Positions 1-11,697 of a DNA stretch of 64,000 nt are shown in pieces. The stretch comes from Podarcis melisellensis. Taxonomy: Eukaryota. The notes beneath the pieces are model-generated. The model searched no databases. It saw only the letters and a program-made list of their open reading frames with translations, and was not told where the DNA came from. Position numbers and translations under genes: made by a program. Location of the stretch: assembly GCA_964234715.1 (NCBI GenBank), contig OZ174280.1. The stretch is one strand, 5' to 3'. The stretch's first letter is position 1, and every line of letters begins with the position of its first letter.

Positions 1-401
1 TTCTTAGTAAACATAGATAGGATTGTCCTACATGGATGCCCTAGTGCCCTGTATTTGAAAGTGACAGTAATGGATGCTTAAAGACACACTCACATATCAG
101 CTGCCCAGGATTTCAGCTACAGCAAGGGTTGTTGCTATCCTGTGGCCCTCTGGATATTGTTGCAGTACAACTCCCAGCATGGTCATTAAGAACATATGAA
201 GAGACCTGCTAGATCAGACCAAAGGCCCATCTAGTCCAGCATCCTGTTCTCACAGTGGCCATCCAATGCCTAGTGTCACAGCACTCCCTCTATTTGTGGT
301 TCCCATTGACTGGTAGGCAGAAGTGTCTCAGACAGTGGAGGTATCCATCATATCTAGTGGTTATGAATAGCCCTGTCCTCCATTAATTTGTCTAATCCTC
401 C

Positions 402-978
402 TGTCTTGCCGAAGGCAAGGTGGTTCTTTTAAAATGAGATTCAGAAGCAATACAAAATATCCAAGTGAGTGAAAAGTTTAAAATTTTTATTCTAAAACAG
501 CAAGCAAGGTATACATATACCAAGCAAGTACTTCAATCTGCCACTTGGAAGCCCTCAAGAAGCGACGAAGCGACTCCGCCAGGTACCCTCAGTTTGCATG
601 ACCCTGTGGCCGATCAGTCCGTGCACAAGTTTCAAAGAAACTCTGCCCAAACTGTCTGATATTATAGACAGCCTGTGTGGCTTCCAAGACTGGCCACGTG
701 CAGATCATCATTAGCCACCCCCTCCCAAGGCCTCACTTTCTCAAAACAATGTCCAGCATCAAAGAAGGTACCCAGAATTATCCTCCACAACTGATGAAGG
801 CAGCTATGTGTGGGGCTTCACCTCCTCCCAAAGTTCTCAGGACATTAAAGACTGTTCTCACAGCATCAAAAAACTTAACAAGAGCAAGGGAGGGGAGAGC
901 AACAGAGGCAGGAAGGGTAACCGTGTCAGATCACTAACTCCTCAATACATTTTGTTTTCCAGATGCATTTCCCATACA
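402..978 (-). mobile_element. Candidate solo LTR inserted in the CR1 fragment
   Basis: 577-bp block starting TG and ending CA that splits CR1 sequence. Flanks are cctcc (397-401) and tctcc (979-983), a 4/5 match. Minus-strand AATAAA at about 486-491 and a TATA-like motif at about 660-668. Confidence 0.5.
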
Positions 979-1339
979 TCTCCAAAATAGTAGCTATCTC
1001 CACATCCTGTGAGAGCAAGTACTTATATAGTACTTCTTTTTGTCTGCCCTGAATTTTTCAATATTCAGCTTCATTGGAAGGACTAATATTCTGGACGACA
1101 GAGAACAACTTCTCTCCATCTACGTTCTCCATGCCATGCATAATTGTAGACATCACTATCATGTCCCTACCTTATACACCTTTTTCTAATCTGGAAATCC
1201 CTAAATGTTGTAACCTTTCCTCATAAGACGGTTGTACCAGCCCTTTGATCATTTTAGTTGCCCTGGCCTTTTCTGAAACTTTTCCAACTCTACAGAATAT
1301 ATTTTTAGGGGAGGTGACCTGAATGGTACACAGTATGCC

Positions 1340-1473
1340 CAGTGCTTTTCCTCCCTGGAAAAATAGGTGCTGGTACCATGAAATTGTTACAGTAAGTGCC
1401 ACACTTTTTAACAACAACAAAAGGAGGTGCTGGTATTGCGTACCCTTGAGTACCCCCTGGAAAAAAAGCACTG
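1340..1473. mobile_element. hAT-family non-autonomous MITE
   Basis: Terminal inverted repeats (TIRs) cagtgctttt...aaaagcactg and a perfect 8-bp TSD agtatgcc (1332-1339 and 1474-1481). Confidence 0.85.
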
Positions 1474-2455
1474 AGTATGCCTAGTACTGTGTTGTCCCAC
1501 AGATAGGGCCAAGGAAGGAGTCTGGCAGCCAAGCACTCTGGTCTGGCAGACAATGCTGAAGACAACACAATCTGGACTGGAACATGCCTCAAGCAGAAAG
1601 TGGGATCTAAAAATGAATGCAAGCAAATATCTAGACCAGACAAAAGCAATCAGGTAAGCCACAGGCCACAAGGCAATTCACATACATAAGACACATATAG
1701 GCACCCTATTGCTTTTAGAGGATATTGGCCCCATTTTACAAGTGGGGCACAGCACCCTATATGAGTCAGATAACCATGGGAGAGAATGCACAAATAGTTA
1801 AATATTAATAAAGAGTGTGCCTCTGAGCATATTCAGAGTAATTCCCCATGCTGCTTAACAGCTGCAGCTTCCCCTTCCTTCCTGCACTTAGAATTTAGGA
1901 ATAGTGTGCAGCTGAGCATATGTTTTTCACTTGTTACTAAACAACTGCAGTTTTCCTTTCCCTATACTTTTATAAATACAAAGCAGGGCTGATGATGTGA
2001 TGGCATGTTTCCTACATAGATGAACGCTTCAGTATAAGTTTTGCTAAAAATTAAGAACTGTTCAAAAAGCAAAGAGGAAAAAAAGCACTGTCTTCCTCTG
2101 TTGTCATCAAACTAAAACAAGAGAATTCTCATGTGCAGTTTACGCAACAAACTGTATTCCTAACCCAGAGCCCCCTCTTTATTGACATTCATCCTGATTT
2201 GCTTGCACAAAGCTTACACAGAAGTTAAATTTTAGCTAGTCTTTGCTGAGTATTCATTCTGATTTGTTTGCAGGGTAGTTAGTTATATGACAATTAGCAT
2301 CCATTCAGATTTGCTTGCAGGGCGTTTATATTGCACATGTTTTCAGTGCATTTCCCCATCACTTTCCAAACTGCAAAAAGTCTGGTGTTTTTGTGTGAAT
2401 TGGATTTGTTGCCCAGAATCCTTTAATCTGCTTTAACTGTGCAAATCTAAATTTC

Positions 2456-2702
2456 ATCATCATCATCAATCTTTATTACGGTCCAGAGACCCAACAAATC
2501 ATTACAAAGCAATACACAATTCACACAGCCTACCTCCAGGTTAAACAAGCATTTTGTTCAGAATATAGGGATCATTTGTTCTTGCAATCACCGATAAAAA
2601 CTTTGCCACTGCTAATGTTCTAGCATTTGTCTGGTCTTTCAATAGGAACCTGACATAGTGAGCCTCTGATTTTCCCAGGAAAGGTATAAGCAAGGGTAGT
2701 AT
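2456..2702 (-). mobile_element. 5'-truncated non-LTR retrotransposon 3' end (RTE-X-like, clade uncertain)
   Basis: 14-bp TSD caaatctaaatttc (2442-2455 and 2703-2716). Minus-strand ORF end ...VRFLLKDQTNARTLAVAKFLSVIAR...*, followed by AATAAA and a (TGA)n tail. Confidence 0.7.
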
Positions 2703-4343
2703 CAAATCTAAATTTCCAGCATGTATTTGCATCTCTTCTGCAAGATAGTGAACGTCCGGAAGCACCGTTAGTTTCTCCCCCACATTTTTTTACAGCTCTG
2801 GCTGCATTCGTATCTAATGCTAAGCAAAGCCATAGTTTAGTGTGAACTGGCTGCTGGGGAGAAGATTACAGCCGCTCCTCTGTGGCCCCTTTAGCTCAGT
2901 GGGATGCAGCACCAAAGCCAAGGGTGGCTTAGTGAGTTGTCTGAACTTGGGATACTGATTAAGCTCTTGCCTCCTTAACAATTATCTACAGCCAAGATTT
3001 GTTACTGGCTACATATTGCGGCTTAGCTACCTAACTGAGCTAAAAAGCCTGGGGAGGAACAAAGCAGGTGAAAGCTCCTCTCTGGGAGCCAGCCTGTTTT
3101 GCACAGTCCTGGTGAGCCACACCACATCACATGGATGAAATCTCAGCAAGAGTCTTGTTGCTTTCCAACACACTGGTTAGAAAAGGACACACACCCAAGC
3201 CTTGTTAAACTTGTAAAAACAAGCCACAGAAACCCAGCATGATTCAGCCACACCACCCTAATCTCTCAATAAAAATAGTTCTTTAGAAAGCCCTTGTTGA
3301 TTCCAGAAAGTGGCAAAACAGGGAAGGCAATGCCTTTGGTTGGATCAAATCTTGGCAGGATGTTCCGCTCCCCAATTGTCCTCTGGAACAGGGTCCAAGC
3401 TTTTGACTCCACCATCAGAAGCAGTGGCGCTTGCATTCTAAAGCTGGTCACAACGTCCCCGTCATCCCCTGCTTGTCACCACACAGGCTGTGTGCAATTC
3501 CCTCCCATATATCCCTCACCTTCCCACATCCAAGAAAAACAGCCTTGGGGTGGTGGTAGTAGATGAGGAACAACTCAGAGATCAGATAATGCTTATCTTG
3601 GCAAGATTCAAAACCTATCACAGTCTCACCCACAAAAGGTGTTTCATTCAAAGGTGATTTGACACTTGCCAATGTTGGGCCTCTCAGGAATCCACCAAGA
3701 CTTTGTTCTAGGAAGCAGTAGCACAACTTTGCCTTCCTTGTTCGGAACCTTTCTGCTCTAACTTCATTGTGATAAATATTTCTCATGAGCCTCCAAAGCA
3801 CCAGCTATATTCACCAACTGCAGAAATTGAACTTAATAGACATTACCCCCCCCCCTCAACAAGTCTGCACCAAGAATTCCCACCAAGTGATACTCTGCCT
3901 TTTCTCAGGTGACTCCAGCTGTTGTTCTACTCCGATCAATGGCAGTCCTACTGTAGCTCTGTTCTCTCTGATCTCTTATCCCCAGGCTGGCTGTGGCGTA
4001 CTTTATCTCTCATTCAAGGTCTCTCCACCCAGAAGGGGCTGGGAGAGAGGAGGTGCTTGGCTGGGGGCTAGATACACAGATGTCCTTGAAGAATTTCAGA
4101 GCAGCATGAATTGCGTTCACCACTGCCATACACCCAGCGGTACTTGTTTTTCATTCAGAGACATCACATTCAGGAACTGAAGAAATACCATGCAGTGCCA
4201 GGCCAGGAACACTGGAAAGCATTATGCTCTTGGAAGATGGCAGGACTGCATCCTGGCAGTTTTCAGTTACATTGAGGAATACATTACTGGTGTGATGAGA
4301 TGGGCTGCCTTGCTATAAAGCAAAAGGAAGCAATTGTTATAGG

Positions 4344-4479
4344 CTGTACTATTTTTCTAGAAAAAGAAGTGCCGGAACTCACCATGAATGCCTCCATTGT
4401 TCTCTTATCATGGCAACGGTGTCCGCCTGAAAGATGCTGGAACTGAGTTCCGGTGAGTTCTGGATGAAAAGAAGCTCTG
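4344..4479. mobile_element. hAT-family MITE
   Basis: 8-bp TSD gttatagg (4336-4343 and 4480-4487), degenerate TIRs, and internal ccggaactc/gagttccgg inverted motifs. Confidence 0.8.
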
Positions 4480-4597
4480 GTTATAGGCAACAGATTCCAA
4501 AAGAGACAAACTGTACCCACTCAACTTGCATTATTGTGATGGGGTGGTATATGTTGACTTTTTGCTTCAGATGAAAAATTGTTTTAAGATTAGTAGG

Positions 4598-4974
4598 TAA
4601 AGATAAAAGGTAAAGGGCCGTTGGATGGTTAAGTCCTGTCAAAGACAACTATGGGGTTGTGGTATTCATCTCGCTTTCAGGCTGAGGGAACTGGTGTTTG
4701 TCCACAGCAACTTTCCAAGTCATTTGACCAGCATGACTAAACTGCTTCTGGTGCAACACAACACTGTGATGAAAGCCAGAGCACACAGAAACACTGTTTA
4801 CCTTCCTGCTGCAGCGGTACATATTTATCTATTTGCACTGGTGTGATTTGAACTGCTAGGTTGGCAGAAGCTGGGACAGAGCAACAGGAGCTCACCCCAT
4901 CGAGCAGATTCAAACTGCCGACCTTCAAATTGGCAAGAGGCTCAGTGGTTTAGACCACAGTGCCACCCGCGTCC
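4598..4974 (-). mobile_element. Sauria SINE (Squam1-type), near full length and diverged
   Basis: The reverse complement has a tRNA-like head (ggacgcgggtggcactgtggtctaaaccactgagcc...ggcagtttgaatc) and an (ACCTTT)n-like tail. Homologous to 43703-44061. Possible TSD tagtagg. Confidence 0.85.
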
Positions 4975-6175
4975 AACTAGTAGGACTGGTACAGCATGAT
5001 GAGATATCCATGAGTATATGAAAAACAGTTCCTTTGAGTTTCCAATTCAGGCATGAACTCCCTAATATTCCTACTCTAAAGTATATGAGAGGACAGATTT
5101 GACAATGAGCAGTCAACTATGGGGTTGGAGGAAATTTAACTGAATGTGAACTGACATGAGAGAACCTGGGTGGAAAACTGGTTTTCTGGGATAATAAAAG
5201 TGAATTGATTGAGTGATGTGAGGTACAAGTGAAATAGAGTTCCTCTGAACATGTGCAGAACACCTCTGCCTTGCAGGAGAGAAGCTGTCATGTATAATAC
5301 ATTTTGAAACAGGATTTCCTGAGCAGATTATATGGCTTCCAGACTGCCCCTTAAGGCCCCGTACTCATGTTACCCCAACAACGTTGGAAGTGCTGCAGTG
5401 CTGCTCCTTCTTGCATTGCTGGGGTAACAGTGAGAAGCCCAGACCATGAGTAACAAAGCCCACATCACAGCTTCTTCCTGTGCCAATGCTAACCATTAAG
5501 ATACACTCTTGTACCCTGCAGGAGTGGTGCTGCTGAAGATCCCATACTAGCAAGTAACGTAAGAACCTAGAAATTATGTCCTGTCCCCATTTTCTTGCCA
5601 GGTTTCTGTACAACTAGTACCTACAGGCCAGTCCCCATCAACCCCCGCCCCCAAGTATTGGCCGCCTCCAAATCTATACCTTTCCAGCAGTACACGCACA
5701 CTCTTTTCCCTCACAATAGTCCCCACCCCACTTTAGAAGCCCTGAAGGGAGAGAAAAGTATTTCCCAATATCTGATAAAGACACATGCAAACCTGCTGTA
5801 CCTGGAACTGGGAGTAGAGAGTGCAGCTGAGTGGGACACCGTCGAGGGCAGCCTGAGGAAGTCCCATCCACCTTGGATCTGCAAGTCTCCGAGAGGACAG
5901 GGTGATTTCTGAGATTTCCAGGAACTCTTCTCGTTGTGAAACTTTTGTTGGTGAGCTGTGTTTGTTTCGACCCTGTTGTCAGAAGGAAAATGCATTGATA
6001 TGGATTTAAATATAGTGGTAACTTTCTATTACTGTAATATTTTTATGTGTGTTTTTGTAATATTTTGTTTTGTCTGCTGTTGCTGTTTCAGCTTATTGTA
6101 AACCGTTTAAGAGATATTTTAAATAAGCAGCACAAAAATTAAATAATCAGTCATCATCATCAACATCATAAAGTA

Positions 6176-6393
6176 CCGTGGTACCTCAGGTTAAGTACTT
6201 AATTCGTTCCAGAGGTCTGTACTTAGCCTGAAACTGTTCTTAACCTGAAGCACCACTTTAGCTAATGGGGCCTCCTGCTGCCGCCAGAGCATGATTTCTG
6301 TTCTCATCCTGAAGCAAAGTTCTTAACCTGACGTAATATTTCTGGGTTAGTGGAGTCTGTAACCTGAAGCGTATGTGACCCGAGGTACCAATG
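6176..6393. mobile_element. Tc1/mariner (Tigger/pogo-like) MITE
   Basis: TA-flanked, with TIRs ccgtggtacctcaggtta and tgacccgaggtaccaatg. Confidence 0.8.
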
Positions 6394-6749
6394 TATGCCA
6401 CTTCCTTGTGCCTTTCCACTGAAATCTAAAACTGTTACGAGTGTGTGAAAATGAGAGGTTCGATCTAAAGGCCTGTTCTTAAAAATACTTTCAGGACTGA
6501 ATTGCAAAGCTCCTCCTCACATAAAAAATAAAAATAACAGCGAGTCTTCAAGCGCTGCAAATACTTAACAAGGCTGCCCACTCAGTGGTGGCGGTATGAA
6601 AGCAATGTATTTTAAGAACATTCCTTGGGATTTTTAAAAATAAAATAATTGTAGCACAAAACAGTGTTATCAACAAAGGTAAAATAAACGCTCTTGGTTG
6701 TTGTTGGGTTTTTTTTTGGGGGGGGGGGAATGGCGTTGTAGGAAAGGAG

Positions 6750-6990
6750 ATTGCGGCTCCGGTATACGCAGCCCATTGAACGGCTGATAAGCGTAGCAAC
6801 TGCTTTTGCTTAGGACCTGCGAGCCGGTGGAAGATGTTGGCGTAGCTCCACGTGCGCCCTGGGGACACTCGCCTTCCGCTTCCGACCGCGTGTTGCGGAG
6901 CCCCTCCTTGCGGGAGATTCAAGTCAGCGGCGGGAGGAGGAGGAGTTCCGGCGCCTGCCTGCCTGCTGCTTGAAAGTCACTTTCACGTGA
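6750..6990 (+). promoter_or_regulatory. CpG-rich HPDL promoter and probable non-coding first exon
   Basis: Local CpG cluster with E-boxes CACGTG (6849-6854, 6984-6989), tandem ETS-like cttccgcttccg (6873-6884) and a candidate donor CAC|GTGAGG at 6987. Confidence 0.6.
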
Positions 6991-7267
6991 GGAATCAAAG
7001 ACACACGGCAGATGAGCTTTCACTCAGGAGGCCTGAGGCAAGATCTAAAGGGGGAAGAGAGGGAGAGGATAGACTCTGCAGCTAGGCAGAGAAACGTGCA
7101 GATTTCTGGGGGAGGGGCAGATTCCCTCCCTCCCTCCCTTAGACCTGGATTCCTTTGATTTTTCAGGCACACGTCAGCCGAAGGGAGATGGCACAGAGCT
7201 GCCTCCTCCTCCCGCCCCCTACAAAACCTGGAGGCACTAACAGAACAGGCCCCTGTTCCCATCCAGG

Positions 7268-7390
7268 GAAGGGACCACTAGGGTCATCTAGCCCAACCCC
7301 CTCTGTAATGCAGGGAACTTTTGCCTAACCTGGGACTCGAACTCATGCCCCCTGATTAAGAGTCTCGTGCTCTACCAACTGAGCTTCCCC
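7268..7390 (-). mobile_element. tRNA-Lys(CTT)-derived SINE with CR1-type tail (Squam2/Podarcis-type)
   Basis: The reverse complement agctcagttggtagagcacgagactcttaatcag...gagttcgagtccc (A and B boxes, CTT anticodon loop) runs into cctgcatt...gggttgggctagatgaccctagtggtcccttcc. Confidence 0.8.
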
Positions 7391-7479
7391 ACCCCATGAC
7401 AACTGAGCTGGCTTTCTTTTCTGTTTCTGTAGGTCTAGCAGCAAAAGTTGTGTTACCACTGACCACCCTTTCAAACTGC

Positions 7480-8685
7480 ATGATGCCTGGTCTTCTGAAC
7501 TGGCTGTGCCACATTGGGTTCCACGTCCCTGAGGGGCAACAGCTGGCCAGCAACTTGGTGCGCCAGTTTGGATTCGAGCTGTTTGCTGCACGGGTGGCAG
7601 AATGGAGCAGGCAGATGGCCTTCCGGAGAGGGGATGCCGTTTTTCTCGTCAATGAAAGGCTGAAGTCTGCCAAGAGAGACGCTCCACCTGTGCCATCTTC
7701 AGGCTGCCGCAAGGATAAAGGAATTCTGTATGACGTGGACCTAGAATACGCCGTCAGTACAGCCTCCAACATTTGCTTTGAGGCAGAAGATGTACCTGGC
7801 ATCTCCCAAAGCCTACAGGAACGAGGATGCCAGATTCTCATCCCTCCCACAGCCGTGGGAGATGAAAATGGCCACGTCACTTATTCAGTAGTGGGATCCA
7901 TCATAGGCAACATCAGCCACACACTGCTTGACAGATCTCAGTACAGTGGACCGTTCCTGCCTGGTTTCCACATGGTGGAGGGTGCTCCCAAGGTCCAGGT
8001 GGGTGGCCGGGTGACACATTTTGACCATATCACCTATGCTTGCCCCCAAGGTAGCTCGCAAGCTGTGTTGGACTGGTACAAGAACTGTTTGGGGTTCCAG
8101 CGCTTCCCCATCCACCAGCAAGACAACGGTACTGATGGTTATACAATCCAGGGTGCTGGTATGGGTCTTCGTCTTACTGCCATGCAGTCCAATGGGAGCA
8201 ATTCGACTCAGCTTCGCAATGACTGTAAAATTATTCTAGCTGAGTCTCTGTCAGAGCAAAAGAAGAACCAGGTGGATACTTTCTTAGAGCAGCACGGTGG
8301 ATCAGGCATCCAACATGTGGCACTCTACACCACAGGTATTATAGGGGCCGCTGCGGCCATGGCCAGATCTGGCGCAAACTTTTTCAAGCCCCCCTTATCA
8401 TACTACAGTGAGAAAAGGAAGGTGGAGGAGATAAGGCAAGCTGGGCAAAATCTTCAGCTCCTGAAGGACCACGGCATCCTTCTGGACGCTGGCATAGGAG
8501 GCAGCGGTGGCTCTGGAGGCCTTTGTGAGAAGCAATACCTCATGCAGATCTTCACAAAGCCTCTCTTTACAGAGGATACTTTCTTCCTGGAGCTTATAGA
8601 GCGATGTGGGGCCACAGGTTTTGGCGAGGGAAACATTCGTGCTCTCTGGCAGTCTGTACAAAACTATATGGACCAGCAAGTTTGA
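7480..8685 (+). CDS. HPDL: 4-hydroxyphenylpyruvate dioxygenase-like protein, single coding exon, about 401 aa
   Basis: N-terminus LCHIGFHVPEGQQLA, iron ligands in DHITY, QHVAL and FLELIER, and C-terminus GATGFGEGNIRALWQSVQ, all typical of HPDL. Syntenic with MUTYH. Start placed at the tandem ATG at 7480, downstream of a splice acceptor at 7431-7432. Confidence 0.95.
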   Translation: MMPGLLNWLCHIGFHVPEGQQLASNLVRQFGFELFAARVAEWSRQMAFRRGDAVFLVNERLKSAKRDAPPVPSSGCRKDKGILYDVDLEYAVSTASNICFEAEDVPGISQSLQERGCQILIPPTAVGDENGHVTYSVVGSIIGNISHTLLDRSQYSGPFLPGFHMVEGAPKVQVGGRVTHFDHITYACPQGSSQAVLDWYKNCLGFQRFPIHQQDNGTDGYTIQGAGMGLRLTAMQSNGSNSTQLRNDCKIILAESLSEQKKNQVDTFLEQHGGSGIQHVALYTTGIIGAAAAMARSGANFFKPPLSYYSEKRKVEEIRQAGQNLQLLKDHGILLDAGIGGSGGSGGLCEKQYLMQIFTKPLFTEDTFFLELIERCGATGFGEGNIRALWQSVQNYMDQQV

Positions 8686-9634
8686 AGAATGCGCACCAAC
8701 ACCCCGTTACACAATCTTGTGCTCAATGTATATGTGAACCTGATGGTGCGAGTTCTGCAAACCTGCTCCTAGGGGGTTGCTTTCCCTGTTATATCAATGA
8801 CATAAGGAGTTCTAGATCATGTGCATACTTCCTAAACTGGCTCTGCACCTCCACCAGTGTTGCTTTCACTGGTGTAAAAAGTATCCATGTGATCTGGATG
8901 ACCCACCTAATCAGAACTTTTTACACATTGCTGACCTATTTTGAGTTGGGAGCTCTAACCGCAGCGAAGAAACATTGTGTTGGCAGCTGCATCTTGCCTG
9001 CAAACAAGTGTGGTCAATACTCCTAGAACAGGGCTTCTCTATTCTGCATCTTTATCAACAAGCTTCACTGCTGGAACAAGCGAGACAAACAGAAAGCATA
9101 GAAATCTTGCTCTTAATTCCTTGTAGATCTGGGGCTCCAGAGGCAAAGACTAAGAAACATGGAAAGGGGTAGTATCAGGTTGGTGCTTGTCCAACATTGT
9201 CCCAGAACAGGAAATGGTGTTCTTCAATAATATGAAATCCATCTTCTTCAGTACAAAACTATGTGCTGAAGCGCTTTTAAAAAACTGTTACTTGAATGGT
9301 TTCTGTCTCAAGTATATTTGTGATGAGATCCCAGCAAAACATTAATATGTTTATTAACAATTTAAATTATAAGATTTATTTATAACTTATTATTTAAATT
9401 ATAACACTGAAGTATAATGTTCTTTTAAGTGTTGGGTATTATAGCATTTTTTCTGTTTTAGGTCTAGTTGGTAATATGTTTTACTATTTCAATTTGGCCT
9501 GCTAGTCAGCTGAAGAACAGCTTATTTCTTTAGTAAACTTGCTTAATTTTTGTTACAATTGTGTTAAGTTTTAAACATCTTTCAATTGCCAGTCTTGTTT
9601 GGATATTTATTTGGGCATGTGGAATACTTATAGT

Positions 9635-9640
9635 AATAAA
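9635..9640 (+). terminator. Probable HPDL polyadenylation signal
   Basis: AATAAA followed by GT/T-rich sequence at the end of an AU-rich 3'UTR. Confidence 0.5.
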
Positions 9641-10373
9641 GATATATGTGTTTAAGTCAGGGTTGATCTTTTAAAAAAAATCTTAATATCAGTTGAGACT
9701 ATTTTTTGTTATATTTGAATTAAAAACACAATTGTGTTAACTTTAAATATTTATTTGTAGTTCTGTAATAGAACACACTGTTACATGCTTCTCTGTATTA
9801 ATTCCCTTCTGAGTTTAGAATATTTAGAATCTGATTCTTATCAACATTATGCAACGAACAAGGTCTTATTTATGTGTTTGCTCACTGTGTGGCTGAGCTT
9901 TTATGAACTTGCTGTTTCTTCATCTTGGGGAACAGATACTGCTACTTAGCTGTACTTTACAAAAAGGACATGCCTAATAGCATATTTTCCAAATTGCTTA
10001 TGGCGGGGTAGTTACCCTTTTGATAAATGTTACCAATGTGCCCCTTTTGGTCGCAGGGGTGCAATGGGGGGATTATAGAGTAGTCATTTATTGTGCTTTT
10101 TCACATGTGAAATGGCAAATACTAGAAATAGTGGGAAAAGAACTGAAAACTCCACAATATTCCACCTTTGTATTAACAGATTTCTGAATGCTTGCTTTTA
10201 AAGGGACTTTCTTGGTTCCTTGCCAGTGACATAGCTGTGCAGGTATCAACATGCTAGTACAATATTTAAGGTTGTGTGTGTGCCAATTGTCAACGCTACA
10301 GTGTGAATAATACAATCAGTTAAGAAGAAGAAAGCATAACTAAATAACCGCCACAGTAAAAATTCATTAAAAT

Positions 10374-10379
10374 TTTATT
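10374..10379 (-). terminator. Probable MUTYH polyadenylation signal
   Basis: Minus-strand AATAAA about 765 nt past the stop codon, followed by a T/G-rich minus-strand tract. Confidence 0.5.
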
Positions 10380-11142
10380 AGCAAACCCACAATTAAAACA
10401 GGACACTGCATGTACTGAAAAACAGTTTCATCTGTGAACTCCAGCAATTGTGGCATCTAGTACAGCAGCAAAACACTTTCTTGACTACGGATGTGAGCAA
10501 ATGGCAATTGCATAGTTAGTTGTCCTTGAGAATAAACTAGCTCTAAGAAAGCAACATTTAAGAAGGATGCAGAAGAGACATTGAGTCTTTTTGCTTAGCA
10601 TCCACTGGAGAATAAGTCTTTCAGTCAGCCTGCCTCATATACTTTTTTATAAAGTCCATTTTACTGCAGTGTGGCACACCAATAAACTCTGAACTCCTAG
10701 GAGCCACTACAGCCACACTTGTTTGAATTGTGCCCGTGTTCTGTATTGGAGTGGAAGGGGGCAATGTTAAAGTCACAACATCCCCATGATGCCCTCATTG
10801 CAGCCACCGTGTTTCATTCCAGTATGACCACATCCTTGCTGGAGATCAGTCCCTCATCTCCGAAACTAAAAGGTAAGGCACATCTGATGAACGGTAATGC
10901 AGACGAAACAACTGGACTCATCCCACTGCCCTGAACTCTAGTAAGATTATGGAGCTTAGCACTGTTTACAACAGGCAGGCACACCTCACTGCCTGGGTAG
11001 TGTCATCCTAGGCAAGAATCTTGAGACCTTTCGGTGATGCTCATTGAGAAGGCACCAATCGGGCTTCCAAGTGTTGGACAAGGTTGCTAGGAGTGGAATG
11101 AGGTGTACTCACGTGAGGTCAGGCAGAGCACAGAGACTGCCA

Positions 11143-11259
11143 TCAGTCCCCGGGATTTGTTGCAAGAAATGAATCCAGAGAAAGTTGCCTCTTGGAAAAA
11201 CTACCTTCTTCATGCAGGGTCTGGCTGGTGTGTAGGGAGTCCCGTTTCCTCTTGACAAT
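11143..11259 (-). CDS. MUTYH: MUTYH last coding exon (NLS KRKR, PIP-like [11 protein letters not shown] stop)
   Basis: acag|ATTGTCAAGAGGAAACGG...GGGGACTGA. Confidence 0.85.
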   Translation of the reverse strand: MVKRKRDSLHTSQTLHEEGSFSKRQLSLDSFLATNPGD

Positions 11260-11662
11260 CTGTACAGTCACACATGCATATGCATTTGACAGAGAAAGCA
11301 CTGTGGCCACCTCTAAATCCCATCCTCTTGCTTATAGGGCTAACATTGGTAAGAAGGGTGGAGACAAACCAGCAGGACCCACCCAGTGTGGTTGGAAGGG
11401 TGTGCAGTTGGCAAGCCTCAAACTGGTGGCTCCCAACATGCAGGACCAATGATGGAGCTCAGTAGACAGAGGGGCGAGATGTGGTTCCCTGTGGAAAGCC
11501 CTCCCTTCAGATGTCAAGAAGATAAAGAAGTACAAAACTTTTAGAAGACATCTGAAGGCAGCCCTGTATTGGGAGGTTTCTAACACTTGATGTTTTTATT
11601 ATGTTTTTAGATATGCTGTAAGCCACCCAGAGTGGCTGGGGAAACCCAGCCAGATGGGCAGG

Positions 11663-11697
<35 letters not shown>

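Larger units (their letters stand above)
188..1505 (-). mobile_element. CR1 LINE 3' portion, degenerate and interrupted by two younger insertions
   Basis: Minus-strand translation ...RATKMIKGLVQPSYEERLQHLGISRLEK matches the CR1 RT C-terminus. The reverse complement of 188-260 is a CR1-type 3' tail (ctagatgggcctttggtctgatctagcagg...tgttctt). Confidence 0.8.

Noticed and set aside
3266-4180. Cluster of 60-130 aa ORFs upstream of HPDL
   Set aside because: No recognisable domain and no consistent splice or frame structure, so these are likely chance ORFs.
7318-7392. tRNA-Lys(CTT) gene on the minus strand
   Set aside because: The acceptor and anticodon stems are disrupted and the sequence runs straight into a CR1-type tail, so it is a SINE head.
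7396-7479. 429-aa HPDL starting at ATG 7396
   Set aside because: The extension spans a polypyrimidine tract and AG acceptor. HPDL similarity starts at the MM at 7480.
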